Below are positions 18,150 to 28,177 of a DNA stretch of 42,598 bases, piece by piece. Origin of the DNA: Bacteroidota bacterium (GTDB lineage: Bacteria; Bacteroidota; Bacteroidia; AKYH767-A; 2013-40CM-41-45); assembly GCA_031366785.1 (NCBI GenBank), contig JANLOW010000343.1, forward strand, positions 1 to 42,598, written 5' to 3'. The translations under genes were made by a program, and so were the position numbers. The notes beneath the pieces were generated by a model. The model was given only the letters and a program-made list of their open reading frames with translations, ran no database searches and was not told where the DNA came from. Each line of letters starts with the position of its first letter. Positions within the stretch are counted from its first letter, which is position 1.

Positions 18150-20098
18150 GTTTAATAAATATGGATGAAATTGCAGAAGGTAAACAGGGTGGAGGAAAAT
18201 TAACTATTTGGTTGATTATTATCGTAGCATCTATTTTACGATTTATTAATTTGGGATCGATGTCTTTGTCAAACGATGAGTTGAGTTCTTTGACTCGGGT
18301 AAGATTTGATTCGTTTTCAGAAATGATATCTAAAGGCGTTTATATTGATGTACATCCGTTCGGATTTCAAACTTTTCTTTATTACTGGGTTAAAATATTT
18401 GGTGAAAGCCCATTTGCTTTGCGTTTTCCATTTGTAATTGCATCTCTCATTTCCATTGGCTTGATTTATCAAATAGGCAGAAAGTGGTTTAATGAATTAA
18501 CAGCTTTACTCTCTGCTTCTGCTTTTTCATTTCTTATTTTGCCAATTCTCTTCTCACAAATGGCACGCATGTATAGTTTGGGAATTATGTTTTCACTTTT
18601 GACTGTTTTCTTTTGGTCTGATTTTTTATTTCTTAATTTTTATAAAAATAGGAATCTTTCTTGGTGGGGATGGTTTATTTCAATGAGCATAGCTCTTCAT
18701 CTCCATTACTTCAGCTTTTTATTTGTTAGTTTAGTTGGCGTAAGTGGACTTTTTTTTGTGACTCGAAAAGAATTAGTTAAATATATTTTTGGTGGATTTC
18801 TATCTCTATTATTTTTTATTCCTGAAATTCCGATATTTATGTCCCAAATGAATAATGGTGATACAGGTAGTTGGATGAGTAAGCCATCAATAAATTATCT
18901 TAAAGATTTTTTATTCGAATTATTTAATAATTCATATTTGATTTGCCTTTTAATAAGTTTTCTTTTTGTTTTTGGAATTCTGTTTGGTGTAAAAAAAGAA
19001 GGCCAAAATCGATGGAGAATTCTTTCAATAGTTTGGTTTTTTATGAGTTTTGGAATAGCTTTTTTTTATTCAATTTATCGTGAACCGATTCTTAAGTTTT
19101 CTACAATGCTCTTTACAATTCCTTTTTTATTATTATTTATTTTTTCTTTCGTTCCTTTTACTCTATTAAAAAAAAGAAATACTTTAATTACTTTATTTTT
19201 ATTTTCGTTTATATGTATTTACGACACCGTCGTTTTTGGAGAATATTATACTGTAAATCATTTTGGTATTTTTCGTGAAATTGCTGAAGACGAACAAGCA
19301 TGGATTAAAAAATATGGATTAAAAAATGTTCCTTTAGTTATTAATGTGACAAACCCTGATTATCTTAATTATTATTTTAATAAAATGGAAGAGCAGCCGA
19401 TAATTGTATCTGATAGAATTCAATTTCCGAAAGATTTTAGTAAACTTATAAAAATTGTAGATACTTCTTCAACTCCATATTTTGCTTATGTCTGGAGTAG
19501 CTACACCCACCCACTGGAAGTTCCGGAAATAATTAGGCGAAAGTATCCGATTTTAATTGATAAAAATTATTATTTTAATGCTTCATCATTTCTCTTTGCA
19601 AAACATGCTGGGGACACTTCTGTGCAAACACAATTGTTTTCTTCAATATGTGATTTTGATAATAAATTATGGTCAAATGATTCAAAGACAATTTCTACAG
19701 AACAATTTTATTCCGGAATACATTCTCAAAAAATGAATGTGGAATACAGTGTTTCTTTAAAAAGAAAATTGTCGGATATTCCTGGTAGCGGTTACAGATA
19801 CATAACATTCTCAGCGATGATCTATTTAACTGGTAAATCTGAAAATATAAAAATGATTATTTCATTTGATCGTAACAACAGTCCTTATAATTACTACAGC
19901 TCAAATATTTCTGACTTTAAAATTAAAACAGGTGAATGGCAACCCGTTATTGTTTGTGCTGAAGTTCCAAAAGAAATAATGCCTGAAGATTTCCTTCTCA
20001 CTTATTTTTGGAATCCTTCCAATAAATTATTTTATATTGATGATTTGAAAGTGGAAGTTCATGAGGGTGTTGATCCTTATAAAAGATTTACCCGTTGA
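18146..20098 (+). CDS. Glycosyltransferase family 39 (PMT/ArnT-like, GT-C fold) with C-terminal soluble domain
   Basis: LRF.NL...SLSNDE, DVHP, FGESPFALRFP, SQMARMYS and HYF; many TM helices; C-terminal jelly-roll-like domain ending YIDDLKVE. The TTG overlaps the rlmB stop; alternative ATG at 18161. Confidence 0.85.
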   Translation: MSLINMDEIAEGKQGGGKLTIWLIIIVASILRFINLGSMSLSNDELSSLTRVRFDSFSEMISKGVYIDVHPFGFQTFLYYWVKIFGESPFALRFPFVIASLISIGLIYQIGRKWFNELTALLSASAFSFLILPILFSQMARMYSLGIMFSLLTVFFWSDFLFLNFYKNRNLSWWGWFISMSIALHLHYFSFLFVSLVGVSGLFFVTRKELVKYIFGGFLSLLFFIPEIPIFMSQMNNGDTGSWMSKPSINYLKDFLFELFNNSYLICLLISFLFVFGILFGVKKEGQNRWRILSIVWFFMSFGIAFFYSIYREPILKFSTMLFTIPFLLLFIFSFVPFTLLKKRNTLITLFLFSFICIYDTVVFGEYYTVNHFGIFREIAEDEQAWIKKYGLKNVPLVINVTNPDYLNYYFNKMEEQPIIVSDRIQFPKDFSKLIKIVDTSSTPYFAYVWSSYTHPLEVPEIIRRKYPILIDKNYYFNASSFLFAKHAGDTSVQTQLFSSICDFDNKLWSNDSKTISTEQFYSGIHSQKMNVEYSVSLKRKLSDIPGSGYRYITFSAMIYLTGKSENIKMIISFDRNNSPYNYYSSNISDFKIKTGEWQPVIVCAEVPKEIMPEDFLLTYFWNPSNKLFYIDDLKVEVHEGVDPYKRFTR

Positions 20099-20164
20099 TT
20101 TGTATTTCTAATAAATTACTTTAATATTTTTTCAAACTTCTCTTCGAAAACTACGCGAAACTTA

Positions 20165-22063
20165 TTAATCCTTAACAACAGCGCCAGTACCATACATTTG
20201 CTTCTTATACTTCAAAGAAGGAGATGATATCAAAAGTCCCAATCCTAGTTTATCCCAAATCGCATCAATTTTAGCAATCGTAGTATCGTCTGAAGCAAGT
20301 ACATTCGGCCAGTCACGCTGAAAGCCATCCAACTCTTTTGTTTTTCTTGTACCATCAAAAGCAATATGACTTATCCTGTTTATATCTGTAAAAATATAAT
20401 GATCTCTTTTTGGGTCGATATTATTTGTGAATCGCCATACAGAATCTGCGATTTCATTTACATCAACAGATCCTTCAACAAATAAAATAATTTTTACATT
20501 TTTAAATTCTTCTCTCTGAAAAAGAATGTCAGTTATTTCCCGAATATGATTTGTGCGGTTTTTATTGATTGATATCAGCAAAATTGAAATTCCCGAAGCA
20601 AGAAGTTTTGAATTTATTTCAACAAGTTCAGGCAGATCTTTTTTAATTTTTTCTTTATCAATTACTATTTTATTATTAACAACTTCCGGTATTCTTCCGT
20701 TTTGCTCTTCAACAGTTTTTGCAGTTGCATCAATTCCAATTTTTCCGCCATAAGACATTACAGAACAACTGTGATCCAAAACATCAACCGGACCTTGCGT
20801 GAAATATATATCATTAGCCGGATTGAAATTATTGCTTACATAGTTTGCTACTTCATTTGAGTCGTGGATGTTTACATTGCCATCAACAACAATCATTATT
20901 TTTGTAAACATCATTTGTCCCGCTCCCCACAAGCTATGCATAACCTTACTGGCTTGACCAGGATATTCTTTGTTTATTTTTACGATTACCAAATTATGAA
21001 AAACACCTTCAACCGGTAAAACCATATCAACGATTTCCGGAACCATTGTCATTTTTATTGGAACCAAAAAAATTCTTTCTGTCGCTTTGCCTATCCATGC
21101 ATCTTCCTGTGGAGGTATACCAACAATTGTCGCAGGATAGATTGCATTTTTTTTGTGTGAAATACAGGTGATATGAAATTTTGGATAATAATCTGCAAGG
21201 GAATAATAACCCGTATGATCACCGAAAGGACCTTCTAATATATAGTCTTCATTCGGATCAACAAACCCTTCTATTATAATATCTGCATCGGAAGGAACTT
21301 GAACATCCTGTGTTAAGCATTGTACAAGTTCTACTTTTTTCTTGCGTATAAATCCTGCAAGCATGTATTCATCAACATTGTCCGGAAGCGGCGCTGTTGC
21401 TGCATAAGTATATGCAGGATCACCTCCAAGAGCTACAGCCACCGGCATTAATTTGCCTAGTTTTTTATACTCATTAAAATGCCGGGCGCTAACCTTATGA
21501 CGATGCCAGTGCATACCTGTAAGTGTTGGACCAAAAACCTGCATTCTATATAAGCCGACATTTCGTAAACCTGTATTTGGATCTTTCGTATGTATAATTG
21601 GTAGTGTTAAAAATGGACCACCGTCTTCGGGCCAGCATTTAAGCACAGGAAATTTAGTTACATCAGGATTTTTCATTACAACTTCCTGACATTCTCCTTT
21701 TCCTTTAATTGTTTTTGGTATCCATGATGCTATTGAACTCAGTGCAGGTAATAATTTGAGCTTGTCGAAAATATTTTCTTTTGGTGATGTCAGCTGTTTA
21801 ATTAAGTTTTCCATTTCCAGTGCAACATCATCTAATTTTTCTTTTCCAAGAGCCCAAGCCATTCGTTGTTCCGTTCCCATTGAATTAATTAATAGCGGGA
21901 AACCTGTTCCTGTGTTTTCAAAAAGAAGGGCAGGACCATATTTTTTTGAAATACGATCTGTGATTTCAGTAATTTCAAGATGAGGATTTACATATTCCCG
22001 AATACGAACCAATTGCCCCTTAGACTCGAGGGTTTCAATCCAATGTTGAGTGTTTTTGTACAT
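20165..22063 (-). CDS. UbiD-family decarboxylase, menaquinone-biosynthesis (SCO4490-like) type
   Basis: GPALLFEN, WPEDGGPF, RNVGLYRMQ, EGPFGDHTGYY, G.PPQED and LWGAGQMMFTK. Start taken at MYKNTQHW (22063). Confidence 0.9.
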   Translation of the reverse strand: MYKNTQHWIETLESKGQLVRIREYVNPHLEITEITDRISKKYGPALLFENTGTGFPLLINSMGTEQRMAWALGKEKLDDVALEMENLIKQLTSPKENIFDKLKLLPALSSIASWIPKTIKGKGECQEVVMKNPDVTKFPVLKCWPEDGGPFLTLPIIHTKDPNTGLRNVGLYRMQVFGPTLTGMHWHRHKVSARHFNEYKKLGKLMPVAVALGGDPAYTYAATAPLPDNVDEYMLAGFIRKKKVELVQCLTQDVQVPSDADIIIEGFVDPNEDYILEGPFGDHTGYYSLADYYPKFHITCISHKKNAIYPATIVGIPPQEDAWIGKATERIFLVPIKMTMVPEIVDMVLPVEGVFHNLVIVKINKEYPGQASKVMHSLWGAGQMMFTKIMIVVDGNVNIHDSNEVANYVSNNFNPANDIYFTQGPVDVLDHSCSVMSYGGKIGIDATAKTVEEQNGRIPEVVNNKIVIDKEKIKKDLPELVEINSKLLASGISILLISINKNRTNHIREITDILFQREEFKNVKIILFVEGSVDVNEIADSVWRFTNNIDPKRDHYIFTDINRISHIAFDGTRKTKELDGFQRDWPNVLASDDTTIAKIDAIWDKLGLGLLISSPSLKYKKQMYGTGAVVKD

Positions 22064-22127
22064 AATTTTGATTTCATTCCGCAAGCAACCACGGAAACAC
22101 CATGAATGGCTATTAACAATGCAATTT

Positions 22128-22874
22128 TTAATGCAAATATACCAGCATTTGTTGAATTGCTGCTTCTTTTAAAGCTGGTAAATCGTCCTCCGTCATTCCT
22201 GCTGTCGATATAGGTTCGCACCATTGAGCTATTATTTTTCCCGGAGAAAGTTCAAGTGGATGTTTCGGTGAATTCAGTTTATCAACACCTTTTAACACAA
22301 GTAATGCTAATGGATTCTGTGATTGTATAGCAAGCCTGAAGGCACCGTCATGAAATGGAAGTAATAATTCAGTTCCTTTATTTCTTGTTCCTTCCGGACA
22401 AATAAATACTGAAATACCATCACTTAATGATTTAATCATTTTCTCCATACTTTTCGCCCGGGCTTCTTTATCTTTTCTATCCACAGTTATATATAAGTGA
22501 CGGATAACATAACCAAGTAATGGAATTTTAGTCAATTCTACTTTTGACAAAAAACGAATAGCATGATCAGTTGCTATAGCATAACAGGGTATGTCCAATT
22601 GTGAACGATGATTTGCTATAAAAATATACGTTTGATTCTTATCAAGTCTTTCTTTGTTTTTTACAATCAATCGTATTCCGAAAAAGAAAAATAATACCCT
22701 TGACCACGATCTCGAAACGTATTGATGAGCAATGAATGGAGATTTTTTTTCACTTGCCAGTAAAAATACCAGTACATAAGAACAGAATGAAATTAAAAGG
22801 GTAGAAATAAAAATGATAAATGCATAAACTCCCCATGATTTTTTTAAAAGACGAACTATAAATTTAATAATCAT
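22128..22874 (-). CDS. plsC: 1-acyl-sn-glycerol-3-phosphate acyltransferase
   Basis: NHRSQLD (HxxxxD), PEGTRN and PFHDGAF.LA motifs. Confidence 0.88.
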   Translation of the reverse strand: MIIKFIVRLLKKSWGVYAFIIFISTLLISFCSYVLVFLLASEKKSPFIAHQYVSRSWSRVLFFFFGIRLIVKNKERLDKNQTYIFIANHRSQLDIPCYAIATDHAIRFLSKVELTKIPLLGYVIRHLYITVDRKDKEARAKSMEKMIKSLSDGISVFICPEGTRNKGTELLLPFHDGAFRLAIQSQNPLALLVLKGVDKLNSPKHPLELSPGKIIAQWCEPISTAGMTEDDLPALKEAAIQQMLVYLH

Positions 22875-22981
22875 ATAATTAATTAATTGGCTAATGTATA
22901 ATTATAATTCTTTAATGTATTAAATCCAACTGTTATTTCATCACGTAAGTCTGGCAAATAACAAACTAAAAAATAATAATT

Positions 22982-23560
22982 ATGAAAAAATCAATTTTAT
23001 TGATAGCAATAACAGCAACGTTTATTGTTACAGTACCACAAGTGAACGGCCAAATGAGTTCAAAATCAGACAATACTGTTATGGTTGGTGGAGAATCCAT
23101 GTATCCACTGAAAAACATTATTGAAAATGCCGTAAACTCTAAAGATCATACGACATTAGTTGCAGCCGTTAAAGCGGCCGGACTTGTAGAAACGCTGCAG
23201 GGAAAAGGACCATTTACAGTTTTTGCACCTGTGAATAACGCTTTTGAAGATCTTCCGGCAGGAACAGTAGAGAATTTACTTAAGCCGGAAAATAAATCAA
23301 CTCTTGGAAGCGTACTTACTTACCATGTACTTCCCGGAAAAGTTACATACGATGACTTAATTGCTGCAATTAAAAAAGGCAAAGGAAAATCATCAATGAA
23401 AACTGTACAAGGTCAGGAGTTAACTTTTATGATGAATGGCATGCACAATATTACGATTAAAGATGCTACCGGTTCAATGGCAAACATAACAACGTATGAT
23501 GTTATTCAGTCGAATGGCGTTATTCATGTAATTGATAAAGTAGTAATGCCGAAGATGTAA
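22982..23560 (+). CDS. Fasciclin (FAS1) domain protein
   Basis: Signal peptide; TLVAAVKAAGLVETL.G.GPFTVFAP.N.AF, LTYHV and NGVIHVIDKV. Confidence 0.95.
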   Translation: MKKSILLIAITATFIVTVPQVNGQMSSKSDNTVMVGGESMYPLKNIIENAVNSKDHTTLVAAVKAAGLVETLQGKGPFTVFAPVNNAFEDLPAGTVENLLKPENKSTLGSVLTYHVLPGKVTYDDLIAAIKKGKGKSSMKTVQGQELTFMMNGMHNITIKDATGSMANITTYDVIQSNGVIHVIDKVVMPKM

Positions 23561-23598
23561 TTTTTAAATAATTATCATTGTCATTAACCTGATTCGTT

Positions 23599-23661
23599 AA
23601 TTATAAATCAGGAAACAAAAACTTCAATTACCCCGAAATTTCTGTTTCCTGATTTGTAATT
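23599..23661. terminator. Probable bidirectional terminator hairpin
   Basis: 23-bp inverted repeat with two deviations: AATTATAAATCAGGAAACAAAAA (23599-23621) vs TTTCTGTTTCCTGATTTGTAATT (23639-23661), between convergent genes. Confidence 0.7.
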
Positions 23662-23695
23662 TATATTACATCAGAAAAATAGATTTTGAATAATA

Positions 23696-25093
23696 TTATT
23701 TCGATGTTACTTTAACATGAAAAGGCAGATTGAGACCGTCTTTTAAATGTTTATTTGTAAAATAGGACGAGTCTTCCGACAGTTCATCCCAATATAGCAT
23801 TCCTGCAGACGGTATTCTCATTAGTTCTAATGTACCTTTTGAATTGTTTTTTACAGCTGCTTCTATAGATTTAAGCCTTTCGTCACATGCTTGAGAAAAA
23901 TGTTTAGTTATAATAAATTGTGAGTAGATAGTAAAAATCAAAAATAAAATAGATATCAATGATAGCGATGATAAGAATATTTTATAAAATATTTTATTTG
24001 TATCAATAAAAATGCCTAGGAGGGTAAATAATGTTGCATAATAAATTACCGTTAAAAGTGAAACAATTGAAAGCGAACGCCCGGGACCGGTTTCTGACAT
24101 TATAAAGGAAGTTGGGAGTAAAGTAATTGCCAGAAAAATCAAAAATAATAATGTGATATTTTTAATAATTTTTATAACTTCTTTTTCTTTGAATGAGTTT
24201 TTTAGATACTGCGAACCGATAAATAACCATAGGAAAGAAAATAAAAGAATATAAATAATTTTATCGGGAAGAAAGAGTAAAAAATATTTAATATATGATT
24301 TGGAAAATACCTCTAACTTTTCAATAATTGGTGTTTGTGGAAGGAGCGAATGCCGGATTTCTGTTCCTGGAGCGAAATATGAAAATGAAAATGACAGAAT
24401 TAATATTGTAAGTGATAAAATTAATTTATAATCTATAAATGTGAGAGGCCTATTAAAGTTTAATTTCTTTTTGTAAAGCAATATAGTGATGAGTGAGAAC
24501 AAAAATATTAATGCATAAGATTCTGAAGCACCTCCTATATATGCTGAACAAGCTATGATAAATAGAAAAATCTGAAAATTCTTTTTAAACGAAAATATTA
24601 AGTTAAGCAAAAATATAAACGCAATAATACTCCACAGGTAAGTTAAAATAATAATATACCAAAACCAGGTTTCTCCAATACTAAAACTTGAAAAAAAAAA
24701 TGTTGTAATCAATAATATTATTAAGGGCGGAATTATTATATTATCTATCGTTATTTTTAGAAAGGCCGTAATTTTTTCGAAACCTTTCTTTAAAGAAAAA
24801 TACAATAACCCAAGAGTAATTAAATTGAATAAAGGAAGAAAGAAAGGGTTTCTCCAATAGGAGATCATAGCACATCCAAGCCAATGCGCCGCCCAACGAC
24901 CACTCCATTGATTATATTGATAAATCATTCCAGCCCTGGCGCCGAATGTATTTTTTAACCATAAATAAAAATAATCATCTCCTGCTATTCGTGAATGAAT
25001 ACTGAGTATAAAATAAAGTGTTAGAAAAAGAATTGCAATAGAATAAATAGAAAAAACATAAAATTTATTTATCGATTTTCTCGAATTATCCAT
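23696..25093 (-). CDS. Polytopic membrane protein, DUF6056-like (putative GT-C glycosyltransferase)
   Basis: First TM followed by GDDY...Y.QWSGRW; ETWFW....Y, G.SE and APG...R motifs; about 11-12 hydrophobic segments. Confidence 0.65.
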   Translation of the reverse strand: MDNSRKSINKFYVFSIYSIAILFLTLYFILSIHSRIAGDDYFYLWLKNTFGARAGMIYQYNQWSGRWAAHWLGCAMISYWRNPFFLPLFNLITLGLLYFSLKKGFEKITAFLKITIDNIIIPPLIILLITTFFFSSFSIGETWFWYIIILTYLWSIIAFIFLLNLIFSFKKNFQIFLFIIACSAYIGGASESYALIFLFSLITILLYKKKLNFNRPLTFIDYKLILSLTILILSFSFSYFAPGTEIRHSLLPQTPIIEKLEVFSKSYIKYFLLFLPDKIIYILLFSFLWLFIGSQYLKNSFKEKEVIKIIKNITLLFLIFLAITLLPTSFIMSETGPGRSLSIVSLLTVIYYATLFTLLGIFIDTNKIFYKIFLSSLSLISILFLIFTIYSQFIITKHFSQACDERLKSIEAAVKNNSKGTLELMRIPSAGMLYWDELSEDSSYFTNKHLKDGLNLPFHVKVTSK

Positions 25094-25122
25094 ATTAATT
25101 ATTAATACTCGTTTATAAAAAT

Positions 25123-26145
25123 TTAGTAATTGATACTTTCAAACTTCAACTCCAATTCACTATAAGCATCTTCCATTTCATTGATAATATCCTTTACAAT
25201 TTCCTTAACAGGTTTAATATCATTAATCATTTCGACTGTTTGACCTGCACACCAAAGACTATTATAATTTCCCGGTTTAACAGCTTCTTCGAGCCAATTA
25301 AAACCACGCCTTTGAATAATCATTTTAAAATATTTTTTGGTTTTAGGATTTTTACTCAGTAATCGTTCAAACCAATTTTGCTTTGTTCCAATTTTTTTTG
25401 CAAAGTCCGTATTAATTATCGTACAAGGTGTACCGCTGATTCTATCTGTCATTACAATGTCTTCCATACCTGATTCAACAACTGCTTTTTTATAATCATC
25501 CGAAACGCCGGCTTCTGTACTAGCAATAAATCGGGTTCCACAATAACCGGCCGATGCTCCGGCCGCTAAAACACTTAACAGAGCTCTGCCATTAGCTATT
25601 CCTCCAGCAGCAAGTACCGGTTTATCCGGAAAATTATTTTTTAAGGTTTCAATTAAAAGAATTAATGGAAAAGGTCCTGCATGTCCACCCGCTCCCTGTC
25701 CAACAGCAACAAAACCATCACAACCAGCTTTGAAACATTTCGCCGCATGTTCAACATTGGTTACATCACAAAAAACTTTTCCGCCATATTGATGCACTTT
25801 AAGAATTGTTTCTTCAGGATTACCAAGTGAAGTAATAATGACAGGCACTTTGTTATCGACACAAACTGCGAAATGCTTTTCAAACCATGGATTTGATTTT
25901 TGAACGATCAGATTAACGCCGTAATTCCCCCGTAGACCTTTTCTGCCGGCTAAATACTTATTAAGCTGTACTAAAATATCATTCAAATCTTCTACTTTAC
26001 GGTAATTCAATGTGGGAAAACAACCCAGAATTTCAGCATCAATAGCTTCTTTAATCATACTCAAATTGCTCACAAGGAACATGGGCGCCATGATTAAAGG
26101 GTGACGAATGTTCAGAGCTTTTATGAGGTTATTGGAGTAGGACAT
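25123..26145 (-). CDS. Nitronate monooxygenase / FabK-like FMN oxidoreductase
   Basis: PLIMAPMFLVS, ITSLG.P, GAGGHAG, AAGGIANG and GTRFIAS.EA. Confidence 0.9.
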   Translation of the reverse strand: MSYSNNLIKALNIRHPLIMAPMFLVSNLSMIKEAIDAEILGCFPTLNYRKVEDLNDILVQLNKYLAGRKGLRGNYGVNLIVQKSNPWFEKHFAVCVDNKVPVIITSLGNPEETILKVHQYGGKVFCDVTNVEHAAKCFKAGCDGFVAVGQGAGGHAGPFPLILLIETLKNNFPDKPVLAAGGIANGRALLSVLAAGASAGYCGTRFIASTEAGVSDDYKKAVVESGMEDIVMTDRISGTPCTIINTDFAKKIGTKQNWFERLLSKNPKTKKYFKMIIQRRGFNWLEEAVKPGNYNSLWCAGQTVEMINDIKPVKEIVKDIINEMEDAYSELELKFESINY

Positions 26146-26373
26146 AGGTAATTTAGTTTTGGCGTTTAGGAAATGCAGGCGTCAAGGTACGACCTTTTTG
26201 ACATTTTATTTTCCCCCTTTTATGTTAACAATACAGTTAAAAAATATTTTTAAGCATCATTCACGTATGAACAAAAACTTTATTTTGGCAGATTAACTAA
26301 CGAATCAATTTCATATGGGAATTCTATGTATTAGATTTATAATTGTGAATTCGTTTAGCTTTTTTGTTAAATA

Positions 26374-28161
26374 ATGGTAGCAATCAGACGAATTTTTGAT
26401 ATTCCCCAACTTCAAAAGGAATTATTTTCGAAGCCTGATTGTCTGTTGTCAAAAAATAATGGAAAATGGATTCCAACTTCTACGGATGAATTTATTGAAA
26501 CTGCCGATAAATTCGGTATTGGATTAATTAATTTTGGATTAAAAAAAGGTGATAAAGTAGCTATTATTTCAGCCAATCGTCCCGAATGGAATATTATCGA
26601 TATCGGTATGCTGCAGGTCGGAATAATTAATGTTCCGATTTATACAACTCTTTCCGAATTGGAAATAATATTTATTCTCAACGACTGCAATGCAAAAATA
26701 GTTTTTGCCGGAGATAAAGACCTTTATAATAAAATTGAACAAGTACGACCAAAAGTACCTTCATTGTCTGCCATATTTTCTTTCGATACTATTAAAGATA
26801 TTCCTAATTGGAGGGAAATCGTTTCTAAAGGGAATCTTAATGAAAACAAAGAAACTCTTAAAAAAATTAAAGATGAAATTTCTTCCGATGATGTAGCTAC
26901 AATACTTTATACCAGCGGTACAACCGGTACTCCTAAAGGTGTAATGCTTTCTCATAATAATATCGTCAGTAATGTCCTCGCTTGTGAACATCTTTGTCCG
27001 GTTGATAACAGACACCGGGCATTAAGTTTCCTGCCGCTTTGCCACAGCTACGAACGAATGCTTACTTATCTTTACATGTTCATTGGCGTTTCAATTTATT
27101 ATGCAGAAAGCATGGATAAAATTGTAGATAATCTGAAAGAAGTAAAACCTCATGTATTTTCTACCGTTCCACGTTTGCTTGAGAAAGTTTTTGATAGGAT
27201 TATGATTAAAGGCAAAGAACTAAAAGGAATTAAACGGGTAATATTTTTCCGTGCTGTTAATCTCGGCCTCCGCTTTGAACTTTATGGTAAAAACGGATTT
27301 TTATATGAACTGGAATTGAAAATTATGAATAAACTTGTTTTTTCCAAATGGAGAGAAGCTCTTGGAAATGAAGTTAAAGTAATTATTAGCGGTGGCGCTG
27401 CTCTTCAACCACGACTGGCAAGAGTTTTCTGGGCTGCTAAAATTCCTGTTTTGGAAGGATATGGTTTAACAGAAACGTCACCCGTAATCGCAGTTAATAA
27501 TCTTGAAAAAAATAATACACATTTTGGTACCGTCGGTACTGTTATTAAAAATGTACAAGTGAAAATTGCTGAAGACGGCGAAGTACTTTGTAAAGGACCA
27601 AATATAATGGTAGGTTATTATAACCGCCCCGACTTAACCTCCGAAGTGATTGATAAAGATAACTGGTTTCATACCGGCGATATTGGAACAATGATTGAAA
27701 ACCGATATTTAAAAATCACCGACAGGAAAAAAGAAATATTTAAAACATCAGGCGGAAAATATATTGCTCCTCAAGCCATGGAGAATAAATTTAAAGAATC
27801 TGCATTCATCGAACAGATCATGGTAATTGGTGAAAATAGAAAATTTCCTGCCGCGCTTATTGTTCCTGATTTTGCATATCTAAAACAATGGTGCGAACTT
27901 CATGAGATTTCTGTTACTTCAAACAGCGAAATAATTAAAAACAGTAAAGTAGTCGAAAGAATTCAACAAGATGTTAACGAGTTTAACAAAGATTTTGGAA
28001 ATGCTGAGCAGATAAAAAAAATTAGCTTATTGGTTAATGAATGGACGACTGCTACTGGAGAACTTACTGCGACATTGAAGCTAAAAAGAAAAATAATTTC
28101 AGAAAAATACAAATCTACCATTGAAGAAATATACGCTGAAGAGAATCTCCTTGTTTCTTAG
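26374..28161 (+). CDS. fadD: Long-chain fatty acid--CoA ligase
   Basis: YTSGTTGTPKGVMLSH, LPLCHSYER, EGYGLTETSP, FHTGDIG and ITDRKKEIFKTSGGKYIAP. Confidence 0.93.
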   Translation: MVAIRRIFDIPQLQKELFSKPDCLLSKNNGKWIPTSTDEFIETADKFGIGLINFGLKKGDKVAIISANRPEWNIIDIGMLQVGIINVPIYTTLSELEIIFILNDCNAKIVFAGDKDLYNKIEQVRPKVPSLSAIFSFDTIKDIPNWREIVSKGNLNENKETLKKIKDEISSDDVATILYTSGTTGTPKGVMLSHNNIVSNVLACEHLCPVDNRHRALSFLPLCHSYERMLTYLYMFIGVSIYYAESMDKIVDNLKEVKPHVFSTVPRLLEKVFDRIMIKGKELKGIKRVIFFRAVNLGLRFELYGKNGFLYELELKIMNKLVFSKWREALGNEVKVIISGGAALQPRLARVFWAAKIPVLEGYGLTETSPVIAVNNLEKNNTHFGTVGTVIKNVQVKIAEDGEVLCKGPNIMVGYYNRPDLTSEVIDKDNWFHTGDIGTMIENRYLKITDRKKEIFKTSGGKYIAPQAMENKFKESAFIEQIMVIGENRKFPAALIVPDFAYLKQWCELHEISVTSNSEIIKNSKVVERIQQDVNEFNKDFGNAEQIKKISLLVNEWTTATGELTATLKLKRKIISEKYKSTIEEIYAEENLLVS

Positions 28162-28177
28162 GTGTAATAAATAATTT

